Source of the DNA: an uncultured archaeon | Lineage (GTDB): Archaea > Asgardarchaeota > Thorarchaeia > Thorarchaeales > Thorarchaeaceae | Assembly: GCA_964610875.1 (NCBI GenBank) | Contig: CAZSWP010000039.1 | Location: 1 to 33,395 of the forward strand | Length of the DNA: 33,395 nucleotides | Reading direction: 5' to 3' | Part shown: positions 1 through 10,017 of the stretch, piece by piece | How the letters are laid out: the number at the start of each line of letters is the position of its first letter | Numbering within the stretch: position 1 is the stretch's first letter | Notes under the pieces: generated by a model | Databases searched by the model: none | What the model was told of the DNA's origin: nothing | Seen by the model: the letters and a program-made list of their open reading frames with translations, nothing else | Position numbers and translations under genes: made by a program

Positions 1-91
1 ACCCTTCTCTCAGATACTTCCGTCTGATTGAAGTCTTACCAACGTAACCATCACCAATCAGGCAGACTTTAAACTGTCTTCCTCTGATCAT
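1..91 (-). CDS. Ras-superfamily (Rab-like) small GTPase, N-terminal part; runs off the window
   Basis: Reverse strand from ATG at 91 reads MIRGRQFKVCLIGDGYVGKTSIRRKYLREG, containing a G1/P-loop GxxxxGKT after a KVCLIG strand. GAAGGAG RBS upstream. Not in the ORF track. Confidence 0.9.
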   Translation of the reverse strand, partial: MIRGRQFKVCLIGDGYVGKTSIRRKYLREG

Positions 92-310
92 CCTCAAACA
101 CTCCTTCGTAGCGAACGAAGGCGGCGCATATGAATCATTGAAAATTTCCTTATAGCGCTTTTTTCGATGTTACTAAGATATGTTTTTTCTATTGCACATA
201 TAATTGAAAGAATAATCCAAACTTTGAGAAAAAACAAGAAGACAAAAACTGGTTATTTTACTACTCTCTTTTTGGGAATCCATATAACGATGAAATTCTA
301 AGTCCATGGT

Positions 311-1108
311 ATGTCACTAGAGCTACAACAAACAGTTTCATTGGTGATATGTACTAATGCTAAGTTGCAAGGTCATGAACTAGATTACGGGCCAGACCTA
401 TGTACCATAAAGTTCGCTGAGAAAGTACCACTGCCAGATGGTGTTCCATCTGATGTGGCATATGATGATAGAAAGATGCTTGCGCTTAACCCTTCCAGTT
501 GGTTTGAGATTTTGAAACAACGAGAAGTGACTCGACTAAAACTTCACTACGTTTCTTCTTCACAGGAACTCCCTGATAGAATTGGAGCTGCTTTTGTTGG
601 CGGTGGAGGGAAATGGATAGTTGAGGCTGTTCATGGATCTAAGAGTGATATATACGAAAAAGGAGAGAGAGCATCAAGAGTATCCGGAAGTACTTTCTTA
701 GGATTTCATTTTCTTTTGATTGAAAAGGATGTAAATCCATCCGAAGAAACCGCGATTTCAATTGATACAGCTCACGAAAAGCTGGAAACTGTTCTAAAGA
801 AAGCTGAGGAATTCGCACGGGGTCAAGAATATACTCTTCACTGGGCTGAGAACTTTGAATCCTATAGAGAAATATTAACAGATGAAGTCCCAATAGCCTA
901 TGATGAGCTGTTCCCATCAGATATCATTGAAGATAAAGTACGACATCTACTAGCTGGTGCCTTCAGTAGTTGGGTATTTGGCGGAATGGGGTCTTGGAAT
1001 GACTTGAGCTTTGATGAGGAATCACAGAAAGAGTATGAAGCAATATCAGATGAACTCTTCAATGCGATTCATCAGGCAATCATTGCCGGAGTCAATAACT
1101 CTCGATAA
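311..1108 (+). CDS. Hypothetical protein with C-terminal FGGMGSWND motif
   Basis: 265-aa ORF. The GGMGSxND motif recalls DUF6966-like proteins; function unknown. Confidence 0.7.
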   Translation: MSLELQQTVSLVICTNAKLQGHELDYGPDLCTIKFAEKVPLPDGVPSDVAYDDRKMLALNPSSWFEILKQREVTRLKLHYVSSSQELPDRIGAAFVGGGGKWIVEAVHGSKSDIYEKGERASRVSGSTFLGFHFLLIEKDVNPSEETAISIDTAHEKLETVLKKAEEFARGQEYTLHWAENFESYREILTDEVPIAYDELFPSDIIEDKVRHLLAGAFSSWVFGGMGSWNDLSFDEESQKEYEAISDELFNAIHQAIIAGVNNSR

Positions 1109-1546
1109 TTTGTCTGCTGCTAGAATTGAGTATATTGACGAAACCTAGCTCGAATATTGTTCTGTTGACACTTCGCCGTAGTTATCTTGAATCCAATGAC
1201 TGTTAGTAGTTATAAGAATCCAATGAATATAATGATATCATGACTGGAGTGGAGGTTATTCGAACAGAGTTCACTTCTGACGAGGAAATGATTAGAGGTG
1301 CATTTATCACTCCTAAAAGTGACGGTCCCTTTCCGGGTATATGCAAATTTCATGGTCTTCCTGGTGGTCCAGATCAAATTGGAGGAATTGCTACACTATT
1401 AGCAAAAGCAGGTTTTGCGGTGTTGACATTTGATTTCAGAGGTTTTCGAAAGAGTGAAGGAATATTTTCATTGTCCGGAGAAATCAAGGATGCTCAGGTA
1501 GCTATCACACATCTCCTTGATACTGAAATCACTCTGGAAGGTTGGG

Positions 1547-1733
1547 TTTCGTACAGCTCCCAGAATTCCAGACAGACCTAGACATCAGTGTATAGGTACT
1601 TATATACTCCTGACAAGAACAACTTGGTGAGGGTGTATTGACACACGAACGTGCTCTCACAAAGCCATTCCCAGTACCGCTCCTGGGAGGACAATGCTTT
1701 GGTGTCCAGAATTGTCCAGCTTACAATGAACGG
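1547..1733 (+). mobile_element. Non-autonomous IS607-like mini-element (MITE), copy 1
   Basis: 187-bp insertion at TGGG|T with GGT junction microhomology (1545-1547 and 1732-1734). Ends in ...CAATGAACGG. CYRGACA-like subterminal repeats at about 10-bp spacing, inverted between the two ends. Homologous to 26730-26916. Confidence 0.88.
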
Positions 1734-1750
1734 TAGGTTTCTATGGTGCA
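1626..1750 (+). ncRNA. Putative TnpB omega-RNA-like scaffold plus flanking guide
   Basis: Stems 1627-1636/1651-1660 and 1660-1665/1696-1701. Pseudoknot GACAC 1640-1644 with GTGTC 1702-1706. Compensatory changes relative to copy 2. TTATATA box at 1600-1606. Confidence 0.65.
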
Positions 1751-2365
1751 AGCTATGGTGGGGCTGTAGCTACTTGTACTGCTGCACGTGATTCCCGAAT
1801 AAGCGCTGTTTGCTTAAGAGCTCCTGTATATGACACACTTTGGTTTGCAAAATCACCGATGATTCGCCCTGCAATAGAACACATCATTGAAACTGACCCT
1901 TCACAAGTTCGAGGAATTGAAGACCCTGCCATTCAGAAGAGGTTTCTCCAACAGATGATTGATGAAGCTCATGAACACAATCCTATGAATGAGGTGTCAA
2001 AGATTTCTCCTACGCCCTTACTCATTGTCCATGGCACTGATGATACCGGTATTGACCTAGCTGGTGTGAAACGACTCTATGAGCTTGCTGGAGAACCGAA
2101 AGACTTCACAGTTATAGAGGGTGCTGACCATGAACTGTCTGACCCTCGGACATACAATATTACAATGAACATCATTACTGATTGGTTTGCAAAACAATGG
2201 TCAGAATTTCAATCCGGTCGTCTAACCTGAGAAGTGGACTTGGATTCTAAAAAATTTCTAAAATTGTGTGAATTATTCTTGTGATTAACCTCTTAATTTA
2301 TAACAAAGAGATTTTCTGATATGTTCGAGAACTTTTCAGTTCTTTCGTAATTGGAGGTATACGTA

Positions 2366-5300
2366 TTGAATCGAAGAAAAGTAGGTATGCTTATTCTTGT
2401 GTCAATTTTCATGTTTAGTGCTCTCTCATCCACTGCATCTGCTTGCAGGTTTGGATGGTGGTGGAAGTGGGATTTCACGCCCCCAGTGGTTACCATAATC
2501 GGTCCAAGTGATGGTGATTCTGTATCTGGATTAGTGAACATCTCCTTCTCAGCTGAGGATGAGAGTAGAATCATTAGAAGGTTCATTCTGATTGATGGAA
2601 AAATACGTTCTCATTCTACCTCCTATCTCTGGAATACCTCTTTCGATATGGATGGAGAACACGATATAACTTGCTTAGCCATGGACAGATATTGGAATTG
2701 GGGTTGGGATACTATTGAGGTTATTGTGTCTAACACAGTGCCAAATTATCCTCCCATCGTGAATATTGCTACTCCTTCTGATGGGTCCGTGGTATCAGAA
2801 ACCTCCAACATAGCAATAACCGTGTCTGACGAAGAATATTTGATTCCTGACATATATATTGATGGAGAATTTGTGGCTTCTGCTTTGAACTACTCCTGGG
2901 ATACTGCAGGCTATTCAAATGATGTCCATTCAATTCACGTAGAAGCTATTGATAGCGATTCACTCGTGGGCTCCGATAACATATCTGTCATCGTTGACAA
3001 TGCTTTAGGAACTCCTGGCGCCATCAAAGTCATGAGCTATAACATTGAGGCATCCGGTACAAATCCTGATTGGATACAGGTTGTAAAGGAAGAGAATCCT
3101 GACATATTAGTCCTCATCGAAACAGGTACCTGGGATGACAACGGCAACTATACCCTCAATCACGTTGTCAACGAACTCAATGCATACTTCCTGGATGAGT
3201 TACCATATAGTGGCTTCTGTGCACAGGATATAACCTACTCTACTAGTGGTGCTGCCATTCTTAGCCGTGCGCCAGTGATTACATTCAATCAGATTCCAAT
3301 AGTACCACTTGATGATGGAACAGATTATGATGTGACACATGATTTTGTTGAAGCAGTTGTTTCTATTGATGGTGTTGATGTGCATATACTTGGTTCACAT
3401 TTGAAAGCAATGTCAGGTGCTGAAAATGAATATCGTAGGGAACGTGAAACCGAGGGTATCATAAATTACATGGATGCTTTAGGGAACGTACCGATCATGT
3501 ACATGGGCGACCTTAATTCATTCTCGCCTGATGACACTGGTGATCTTGCTCCAGTAGGTGATCTTGGTTATGGGCCAATGACAATGAAACTCTATCCCAA
3601 TGACACGGTATATGGTGAATATTCATCAACTGTACATTCATTCATTGATGTGTTTCGTACCCTTAATCCGACCGATCCTGGATATACCTATGGGCATCAA
3701 GATACTCAATACCTATCAAGAATCGACTTCATTGTGGTCAACTCATTCTTCGAAGACAGATTGATCAACTCAACATGTGGTGATACAGCAACCGCAAATA
3801 CAGGTTCTGACCACTATTGTGTTGATGTGTTCATCGTATTGAATACGACTTTTATTCCTGATACTGTTCCTCCAATACAAGTTACCGGACTCAATGCCAC
3901 AGTGATCAGTATGTCACAAATTGACTTGTCTTGGAATACAAACCCAGAAACCGATATTTCCCATTATCGAGTATATCGTGATAATGTCCTAATAGCACAA
4001 GTTCTCGGGACATCGTTCAGTGATGTGGGTCTGACTCCATTGACAACTTACACCTACGAGGTGTCTGCTGTTGATACAAGCATCAACGAGGGACTCAATT
4101 CCGAACCAGTAAGTGCCACAACCGAAGATGGTGGAAATCCTGACCTTGTGATAATCAATGAGTTCCTTCCTGACCCTAATACACTCTATACAGAAGAATG
4201 GGTGGAATTCTACAACCCCCAGCATCTTGCTGCGGATCTATCTGGATACATTCTAGATGATATTACCACTGGTGGGACAAATCCCTATTCTATTCCTGCA
4301 GGTACCGTAGTACCAGCATATGGGTTCCTCGTCCTATATCAGGGTGCTACTGGTGTTGGACTGAATAATGCTGGTGATACAGTAAACCTTCTGAAGCCTG
4401 ATGGAGTCACTGTTATTGATTCCTACACCTATTCTTCATCATCTGATGATGTGAGTTATGGGCGAGAGTCTGATGGCTCATCCACTTGGATCACTTTCGA
4501 TGTACCAACTCCCGGAGCTTCAAACACTGTCATAATGCCAAATGGTGATTCGGTTCTCATCAACGAGTTCCTGCCAGACCCCAACACATTGTATACTGAG
4601 GAATGGATAGAACTCTACAATCCAACAGATAAGACAGTAAATGTCTCTGGATATGTACTGGATGATATCACTACTGGTGGTACAAATCCATTTGTAATTC
4701 CGATGAGTACATACATACCTGCATTCGGATTTCTTGTCCTTACTCAGACCAACACAAGTATTGGGTTGAATAACGCTGGTGACACAGTGAATTATCTTGC
4801 ACCCGATGGTGTAACATTGCTCGACTCCTATACTTACACCTCCTCCTCAGATGATGTGAGCTACGGTCGCGAAACTGATGGTTCCACAATCTGGACCACT
4901 TTTGATACACCTACACCGGGTGAATCCAATACGGGATCATCGAATAATGCAGACTCAATTCTGATTAATGAGTTCCTCCCTGATCCGAACACACTCTACT
5001 CAGAAGAATGGATCGAGCTCTACAATCCCCTTGACGTTGATGTAGATATATCAGGATACATCATAGATGATATCACAACGGGCGGAACAGCTCCGTACAC
5101 AATACCTGCTAGTACAATCATCTCTGCCCATGGATTCTACCTATTATTCCAGAGTAATACCAGCATCGCACTGAACAATGCAGGTGATACGGTGAACTAC
5201 ATTAAGCCAGATGGGACAACTATTCTTGACTCATATACTTACAGCAGTTCTGCAGATGACATAAGTTATGGGAGAGAAACAGATGGGTCATCTGTGTGGA

Positions 5301-6289
5301 TCACCTTTGACTCTCCAACACCTGGTGCATCAAATGCTGGGGCCATGCCCAATGGGGATGCAGTATTGATCAATGAGTTCTTGCCTGATCCCAACACTTT
5401 GTATTCTGTTGAGTGGATCGAGTTGTATAATCCCCTTGATGAAACCGTTGACATATCTGGTTACATCCTTGATGACATTATCTCGGGTGGTACTGGACCA
5501 TTCACCATTCCTGTTGGAACGACCATCCCTGCTCATGGTTTTGTTGTCTTCTATCAGAATGTGACGGGAATCGCTCTGAATAATGCCGGAGATACGGTCA
5601 ACTATCTCATGCCTGATGGAATTACAATCCTTGATTCATATACCTACAGTAGCTCTGCAGATGATATCAGTTATGGACGAGAAACAGACGGCTCCTCTAC
5701 CTGGGTGACCTTTGATACTCCTACACCTGGAGCTTCCAACATTGGCACTATCGCAAATGGGGATTTAGTCCTAATCAACGAGTTCCTGCCGGATCCAAAC
5801 ACACTCTATGCTGAGGAATGGATTGAACTGTACAACCCACTGGATGTGGATGTTGATATCTCAGGATACATCCTCGATGACATCACCACCGGTGGGACGT
5901 CACCTTACAAAATTCCTGATGGCACGATAATTCCAGCTCATGGGTTCATAGTATTCACACAGAGTAACACAAGTATAGCTTTGAATAATGCTGGAGATAC
6001 CGTGAACTACATCAATCCTGATGGTGTCACAGTTCTCGATTCATACACATATACAAGCTCGAGTGATGATGTCAGTTATGGCCGTGAAATGGATTGTGGG
6101 TCAGTATGGGTCACCTTCTCTTCACCCACTCCCGGCTCTGCTAATGAGGGTGCAAGTGGAACCATGAGTATTGGGTTGACTCACGTTCTATTCAAACGAA
6201 TAGACTCAGAACATATCATTCACAGTGAACATCCTGACATATTCACAGAGGAACTCAGAAATTTTGTAGAGGAATTCAATCTGAGATGA
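2366..6289 (+). CDS. Secreted endonuclease/exonuclease/phosphatase (EEP) protein with 2 Ig-like, FN3 and 5 lamin-tail domains
   Basis: Signal peptide; EEP motifs SYNI, PDILVLIE, HLKA, MGDLNS, RIDFI, GSDH; FN3 (LSW...Y.V.R...YTYEVSAVD); 5x INEFLPDP...EW[IV]ExYNP...SYGRE.DG...PTPG..N. TTG start chosen after GGAGGT. Confidence 0.9.
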   Translation: MNRRKVGMLILVSIFMFSALSSTASACRFGWWWKWDFTPPVVTIIGPSDGDSVSGLVNISFSAEDESRIIRRFILIDGKIRSHSTSYLWNTSFDMDGEHDITCLAMDRYWNWGWDTIEVIVSNTVPNYPPIVNIATPSDGSVVSETSNIAITVSDEEYLIPDIYIDGEFVASALNYSWDTAGYSNDVHSIHVEAIDSDSLVGSDNISVIVDNALGTPGAIKVMSYNIEASGTNPDWIQVVKEENPDILVLIETGTWDDNGNYTLNHVVNELNAYFLDELPYSGFCAQDITYSTSGAAILSRAPVITFNQIPIVPLDDGTDYDVTHDFVEAVVSIDGVDVHILGSHLKAMSGAENEYRRERETEGIINYMDALGNVPIMYMGDLNSFSPDDTGDLAPVGDLGYGPMTMKLYPNDTVYGEYSSTVHSFIDVFRTLNPTDPGYTYGHQDTQYLSRIDFIVVNSFFEDRLINSTCGDTATANTGSDHYCVDVFIVLNTTFIPDTVPPIQVTGLNATVISMSQIDLSWNTNPETDISHYRVYRDNVLIAQVLGTSFSDVGLTPLTTYTYEVSAVDTSINEGLNSEPVSATTEDGGNPDLVIINEFLPDPNTLYTEEWVEFYNPQHLAADLSGYILDDITTGGTNPYSIPAGTVVPAYGFLVLYQGATGVGLNNAGDTVNLLKPDGVTVIDSYTYSSSSDDVSYGRESDGSSTWITFDVPTPGASNTVIMPNGDSVLINEFLPDPNTLYTEEWIELYNPTDKTVNVSGYVLDDITTGGTNPFVIPMSTYIPAFGFLVLTQTNTSIGLNNAGDTVNYLAPDGVTLLDSYTYTSSSDDVSYGRETDGSTIWTTFDTPTPGESNTGSSNNADSILINEFLPDPNTLYSEEWIELYNPLDVDVDISGYIIDDITTGGTAPYTIPASTIISAHGFYLLFQSNTSIALNNAGDTVNYIKPDGTTILDSYTYSSSADDISYGRETDGSSVWITFDSPTPGASNAGAMPNGDAVLINEFLPDPNTLYSVEWIELYNPLDETVDISGYILDDIISGGTGPFTIPVGTTIPAHGFVVFYQNVTGIALNNAGDTVNYLMPDGITILDSYTYSSSADDISYGRETDGSSTWVTFDTPTPGASNIGTIANGDLVLINEFLPDPNTLYAEEWIELYNPLDVDVDISGYILDDITTGGTSPYKIPDGTIIPAHGFIVFTQSNTSIALNNAGDTVNYINPDGVTVLDSYTYTSSSDDVSYGREMDCGSVWVTFSSPTPGSANEGASGTMSIGLTHVLFKRIDSEHIIHSEHPDIFTEELRNFVEEFNLR
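4145..6150 (+). repeat. Five tandem 405-bp coding repeats (lamin-tail domains)
   Basis: The Glu codon of EFLPD falls at 4160, 4565, 4970, 5375 and 5780, an exact 405-bp period. Confidence 0.95.
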
Positions 6290-6890
6290 TATCGAGGAAT
6301 AAATCTACGGCAAGATCTACAAAATCGCTATCTTTGCCAAAGAAACCAGGGAATATTATTTGATATGTCATTAGAAGACCTACGACTTTCAGGATTCGAT
6401 CCGTTCCATCTTGGATATCACCAAGACTTACATTATCCCTTTCTGCTACTTTGATTATTACCTCTGATAACACATTCATGCCCTGTTGTAGTCCGTCGGT
6501 CGTTTGGTAGCCTTTCACTAGATCAAGATAGCCATTAGGATTTGCAAACATCTCACTTTGAATTGCTGCAAGAAACTGACGGTCAGTTCTTCGTAACTCA
6601 ATAATCTTATAAAACAGCCAACGTAGTATGTCCTCAAGATTCATTCCTTTATCTAAAATCTTATCGTCTTCTATAAGCTGTGACCCTTTACTCACAAACC
6701 CTTCTGTTTTGCGCGACATTATCTCTGCTAGAACGTCAACCTTCCCCTTTGGGAAGTGATAGTAGAGAGTACCCACACTCACTTCAGCTAAGTATGCCAA
6801 CTCATTGACATTGAGGTTTGAGTATCCCTTCTCTTCGATCAGCTGCTGCGCTGTGGTAACTATTGCTTCTTTAGCTTTGGATTCTCTCAT
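6276..6890 (-). CDS. TetR/AcrR family transcriptional regulator
   Basis: N-terminal HTH: IVTTAQQLIEEKGYSNLNVNELAYLAEVSVGTLYYHFPKGK. Start taken at MRESK. Confidence 0.92.
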   Translation of the reverse strand: MRESKAKEAIVTTAQQLIEEKGYSNLNVNELAYLAEVSVGTLYYHFPKGKVDVLAEIMSRKTEGFVSKGSQLIEDDKILDKGMNLEDILRWLFYKIIELRRTDRQFLAAIQSEMFANPNGYLDLVKGYQTTDGLQQGMNVLSEVIIKVAERDNVSLGDIQDGTDRILKVVGLLMTYQIIFPGFFGKDSDFVDLAVDLFLDIISD

Positions 6891-6999
6891 TTGAAAAGGA
6901 ACAGGTTGTTCCGAGATATAAGTATTTGAATTCGAGTTGTATTCGAAATATTGATGACACAACCAACACAAATTCTAAAAACTATCAGGAAAAATCGAC

Positions 7000-7326
7000 T
7001 TGGAGGCGGATCTCGTGAGTACCAAATCTGGTCAGCATTGGGATGAAGTTGCGAAAGAGAGAAGAGCTGCACAGAGAAGAGAGAACAATATCGTCATTGT
7101 AAATTTAGCAGTAGGCACCTGTTGGACCATTACTATCCTATATGGTCTATTTCTCTATACACACAATCGCTATGCGGACCTTCTTGGTCCAATGCCAGAA
7201 GTTCCTGTGTCTTGGACATTATTTACGTATGGAATGATTGGGAACCTTATCACATTCTCAGTCGTTGTCACAATATTGTACTTGGTGGTAAGAATTCATT
7301 ATATAAAAGAGAATATGAATCCGTGA
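7000..7326 (+). CDS. Small two-TM membrane protein divergent from TetR
   Basis: 108 aa with two hydrophobic segments. Confidence 0.65.
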   Translation: MEADLVSTKSGQHWDEVAKERRAAQRRENNIVIVNLAVGTCWTITILYGLFLYTHNRYADLLGPMPEVPVSWTLFTYGMIGNLITFSVVVTILYLVVRIHYIKENMNP

Positions 7327-7418
7327 ATGAACAACTAAATATTTACGTGTTTCTAGGTATGAATCATGGACAGAACCTGAAGTGGTGCTGGTTCCAAGAA
7401 CCTAAACAGGTGTTTCAA

Positions 7419-8120
7419 TTGAGGGGCTCAAAGTTATTCATATTTCTAGTAATCTGTTTCCTGCAAATACCTACCGTTCAAGCACAGCAATACGACAATC
7501 TTGTATGGGGTGTTCAGGATAATACGGTTCTACACTATTCTGTAACTCAGACTGGACGATTCACAAATTCATCTAATTATGATGTGTATATGTACAATCA
7601 GTTTGATGTGACTGCAACGATAGTCCTGTTTGAAGGGTACATTGTAACTGGAGATCGTTTGGAATTCTCAAATGGGTCTTCAGCTAGGGATGCATTAGTT
7701 GGAGGAGTTATATTTGCATTTCCTATTGGCAATTGGTCTATGGTAGAGAACGAAATTTATGAAGAAGATTCTGATAGGTCCTATACCTTCTTTGAGGATG
7801 AATCCACTTGGGGATATGGCTTTACATTTTCAGCTCTAGTTTCGTATTTCTCCATGGAAAATGTTCGGATGGATGCAAATGTAACCTACATCATGGTCTA
7901 CACAAAAAACGATGGAGCTCTTAGAACACAGGAAATCATCTATGATTATTATGATGATGATTTCGAGGGGTTTGATTTTGGTGTCTTCACACAGATTGTT
8001 GATAGAGTAGAAGATTCAATTCCCATTTCCTACGTTCCACTGATTATTGGAGGGACCGCAATAGGAACAATTGCTATCATACTTGTGATCCATTGGTATC
8101 AAAAAAGTAGAAATAACTAG
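7419..8120 (+). CDS. Secreted, C-terminally anchored beta-rich protein
   Basis: TTG start after CAGGTG. Signal peptide MRGSKLFIFLVICFLQIPTVQA, then LVWGV motif, C-terminal TM helix and basic tail. Confidence 0.75.
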   Translation: MRGSKLFIFLVICFLQIPTVQAQQYDNLVWGVQDNTVLHYSVTQTGRFTNSSNYDVYMYNQFDVTATIVLFEGYIVTGDRLEFSNGSSARDALVGGVIFAFPIGNWSMVENEIYEEDSDRSYTFFEDESTWGYGFTFSALVSYFSMENVRMDANVTYIMVYTKNDGALRTQEIIYDYYDDDFEGFDFGVFTQIVDRVEDSIPISYVPLIIGGTAIGTIAIILVIHWYQKSRNN

Positions 8121-8213
8121 CATTTCCTACATCCTGAATCCCAAAATCCCCCCTGTTGTGTGGACTATATCAATATATTTAACTATGGTTAATATCATTG
8201 TTATTTGATTACA

Positions 8214-8957
8214 ATGATTACTGTTCGTGGACCAGATGATCTGTATCATGCAGGTGGAAGAACCAAACGAGGCCACTTTGAAGGTCTGTGGCACTTTTCT
8301 TTTGACAGATATCGGGACCCGGACTGGATACACTTCGGGACCCTTCGGGTTTATAATGATGACATAATCTCTCCTGGTGGAGAGTGGGGGATCCATCCCC
8401 ATAAACGCAATGAGGTTCTTACCTATGTCATGAAAGGTGAGTTCACACATGAAGATGAGAGAGGAGTAGGTGAGACCATGACAAAGGGTGCTATGCAGCA
8501 CACCACTGTGGGAACCGGCATGTGGCACAATGAGATTAACTCTAGGGATGATGAGGAGATGCGATTCATCCAGATGTGGTTCTTCCCGGAAGAAGAGGGA
8601 TTGACTCCCTCTTACACTCAAGTTGAGGTTTCAAAGGATGACCGCAGAAATAAACTACTACTCCTAGCCAGTAACGATAAAGATGCGCCTCTTAGAATTC
8701 GATCTGATGTGAATGCCTATGTCAGCTATCTTGAAGATGGAGAAGAAATCACATTTGAGATGCGTGAAGGATGGGGTGTATATCTAGGAGCTCTTGAGAG
8801 TGGTAGTCTTGAAGTCCTCGGCAAAGATATACCTGAGAGAGGTGCAGCGAAGATTACAGGCAACTACAATCTCACCATCCGAGCAAAAGGTGCTGTCGAC
8901 CTATTATTGTTAGAAGTATCACTGAATGCTCCATATATTTCAAAATACACTAACTGA
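8214..8957 (+). CDS. Pirin family protein (YhhW-like)
   Basis: HFSFDRYRDP..IHFGTLRVYNDD, HPH...E, H.D..G, GTGMWHNE, FIQMW motifs. Confidence 0.93.
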   Translation: MITVRGPDDLYHAGGRTKRGHFEGLWHFSFDRYRDPDWIHFGTLRVYNDDIISPGGEWGIHPHKRNEVLTYVMKGEFTHEDERGVGETMTKGAMQHTTVGTGMWHNEINSRDDEEMRFIQMWFFPEEEGLTPSYTQVEVSKDDRRNKLLLLASNDKDAPLRIRSDVNAYVSYLEDGEEITFEMREGWGVYLGALESGSLEVLGKDIPERGAAKITGNYNLTIRAKGAVDLLLLEVSLNAPYISKYTN

Positions 8958-9115
8958 AGTGAAAACAATTCATTCAAATATCATTATCACATCTCTTACG
9001 CTAAGCGCTCTGTTATGGCCACCTAGTCTGGGAGGACGAGTGTAATTTGACATCATACAGCTGTCTTATGTGCTTCCCCGTAATTATTGACCTATAACAT
9101 ATTGGAGAATCTTCA

Positions 9116-9817
9116 ATGGGATTTCCTGATGAATTGAGGTCAGCAGAAGAAATGGTGCTACAGGTTGAGAATGAATTCCTCTCTGGAGTTGATGGAGTTG
9201 TGGATGTATTATTGAAAAGACTGTCCTCCGGACCATTTTCTTCCGATGTCGAAACTGCCAAAGAAAGAATGCTAAATCTAGATGAATCACGCTATGTAAA
9301 ATGGGAGCGATGGGAACAACAATACGAATTCTCAGGCTCACACTGGAAGGACGAAGGATATCCGAGTATTGATGCAACCACACATCTGGCGAGTAACCCA
9401 GATTGGTATTCAAAACGAACCGGAACTAGTAATTTCGTGAGAGACATGATGATTCATAGAACCATTGTAGCCCCGACACTTGATGGTGAGAGAAGAGGTA
9501 CACCGACATCTCTTGGTAATCCAGCAAACAAATGGTTACTGGATTTTGTAGCTCTCTCTAGCCTGCGACTCTCACTCAAAAATCATTGGGAGAAACTAGT
9601 TCGAGATATTGTGAACAAACGTTCTCAGACCAGTCTGAGACTTGTTGCTGAAAGACTTGGTCTGACAATCCACGAAATTGTTGACATCGCCAATAAAATT
9701 AGAGACTTGGACGACCGTGTGGTGGAACATGATGTGAGTGACTCTAGTAAAGATCTACTCTATTACTGTAGAAATCCAAGTCCTGATATTACTCCACTAG
9801 TTGACATAGACTTGTAA
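9116..9817 (+). CDS. Hypothetical protein
   Basis: 233-aa ORF with protein-like composition; no family recognised. Confidence 0.65.
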   Translation: MGFPDELRSAEEMVLQVENEFLSGVDGVVDVLLKRLSSGPFSSDVETAKERMLNLDESRYVKWERWEQQYEFSGSHWKDEGYPSIDATTHLASNPDWYSKRTGTSNFVRDMMIHRTIVAPTLDGERRGTPTSLGNPANKWLLDFVALSSLRLSLKNHWEKLVRDIVNKRSQTSLRLVAERLGLTIHEIVDIANKIRDLDDRVVEHDVSDSSKDLLYYCRNPSPDITPLVDIDL

Positions 9818-10017
9818 AACATCATAATTCATGTAATGTATCATTGTGTCTAATAAAAGTAGCAAAATCGCTCTTCATCAGATCATATTCATTACTCTTT
9901 TTGAAAAGTTCCATATTCTCATTAGAGTAACAATCCCAAGTAATACTATGACGACTTGGAATTGGTTATTACTCCTAGTCTCTCCTGAATGCTATCAAGA
10001 GAGCAATGAAGCAAGTT

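Larger units (their letters stand above)
1240..2230 (+). pseudogene. Alpha/beta hydrolase interrupted by a 187-bp mini-element
   Basis: Removing 1547-1733 fuses the two ORFs in frame as ...ITLEGW-VGFYGASYGGAVA... The product has HGLPG, FDFRG, the GxSxG nucleophile, HGTDD and GADH. Confidence 0.92.

Noticed and set aside
1547-1733. Group I or BHB intron
   Set aside because: Too short for a recognisable group I core and no clear bulge-helix-bulge. Copies also occur in a dead gene and an intergenic site, which fits a DNA mobile element better.
4145-6150. 405-bp periodic repeats as a CRISPR array or DGR template
   Set aside because: They are in-frame protein domain repeats with mostly synonymous divergence. 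There are no spacers, no adenine-specific pattern and no reverse transcriptase in the window.
6925-6947. TetR operator TTTGAAT-N9-ATTCGAA
   Set aside because: Only a 6/7 imperfect inverted repeat in AT-rich DNA; plausible but not supportable.
7122-7418. N-terminal extension of ORF 7122-8120
   Set aside because: It overlaps the 7000-7326 gene, and the signal peptide and RBS point to a start at 7419.
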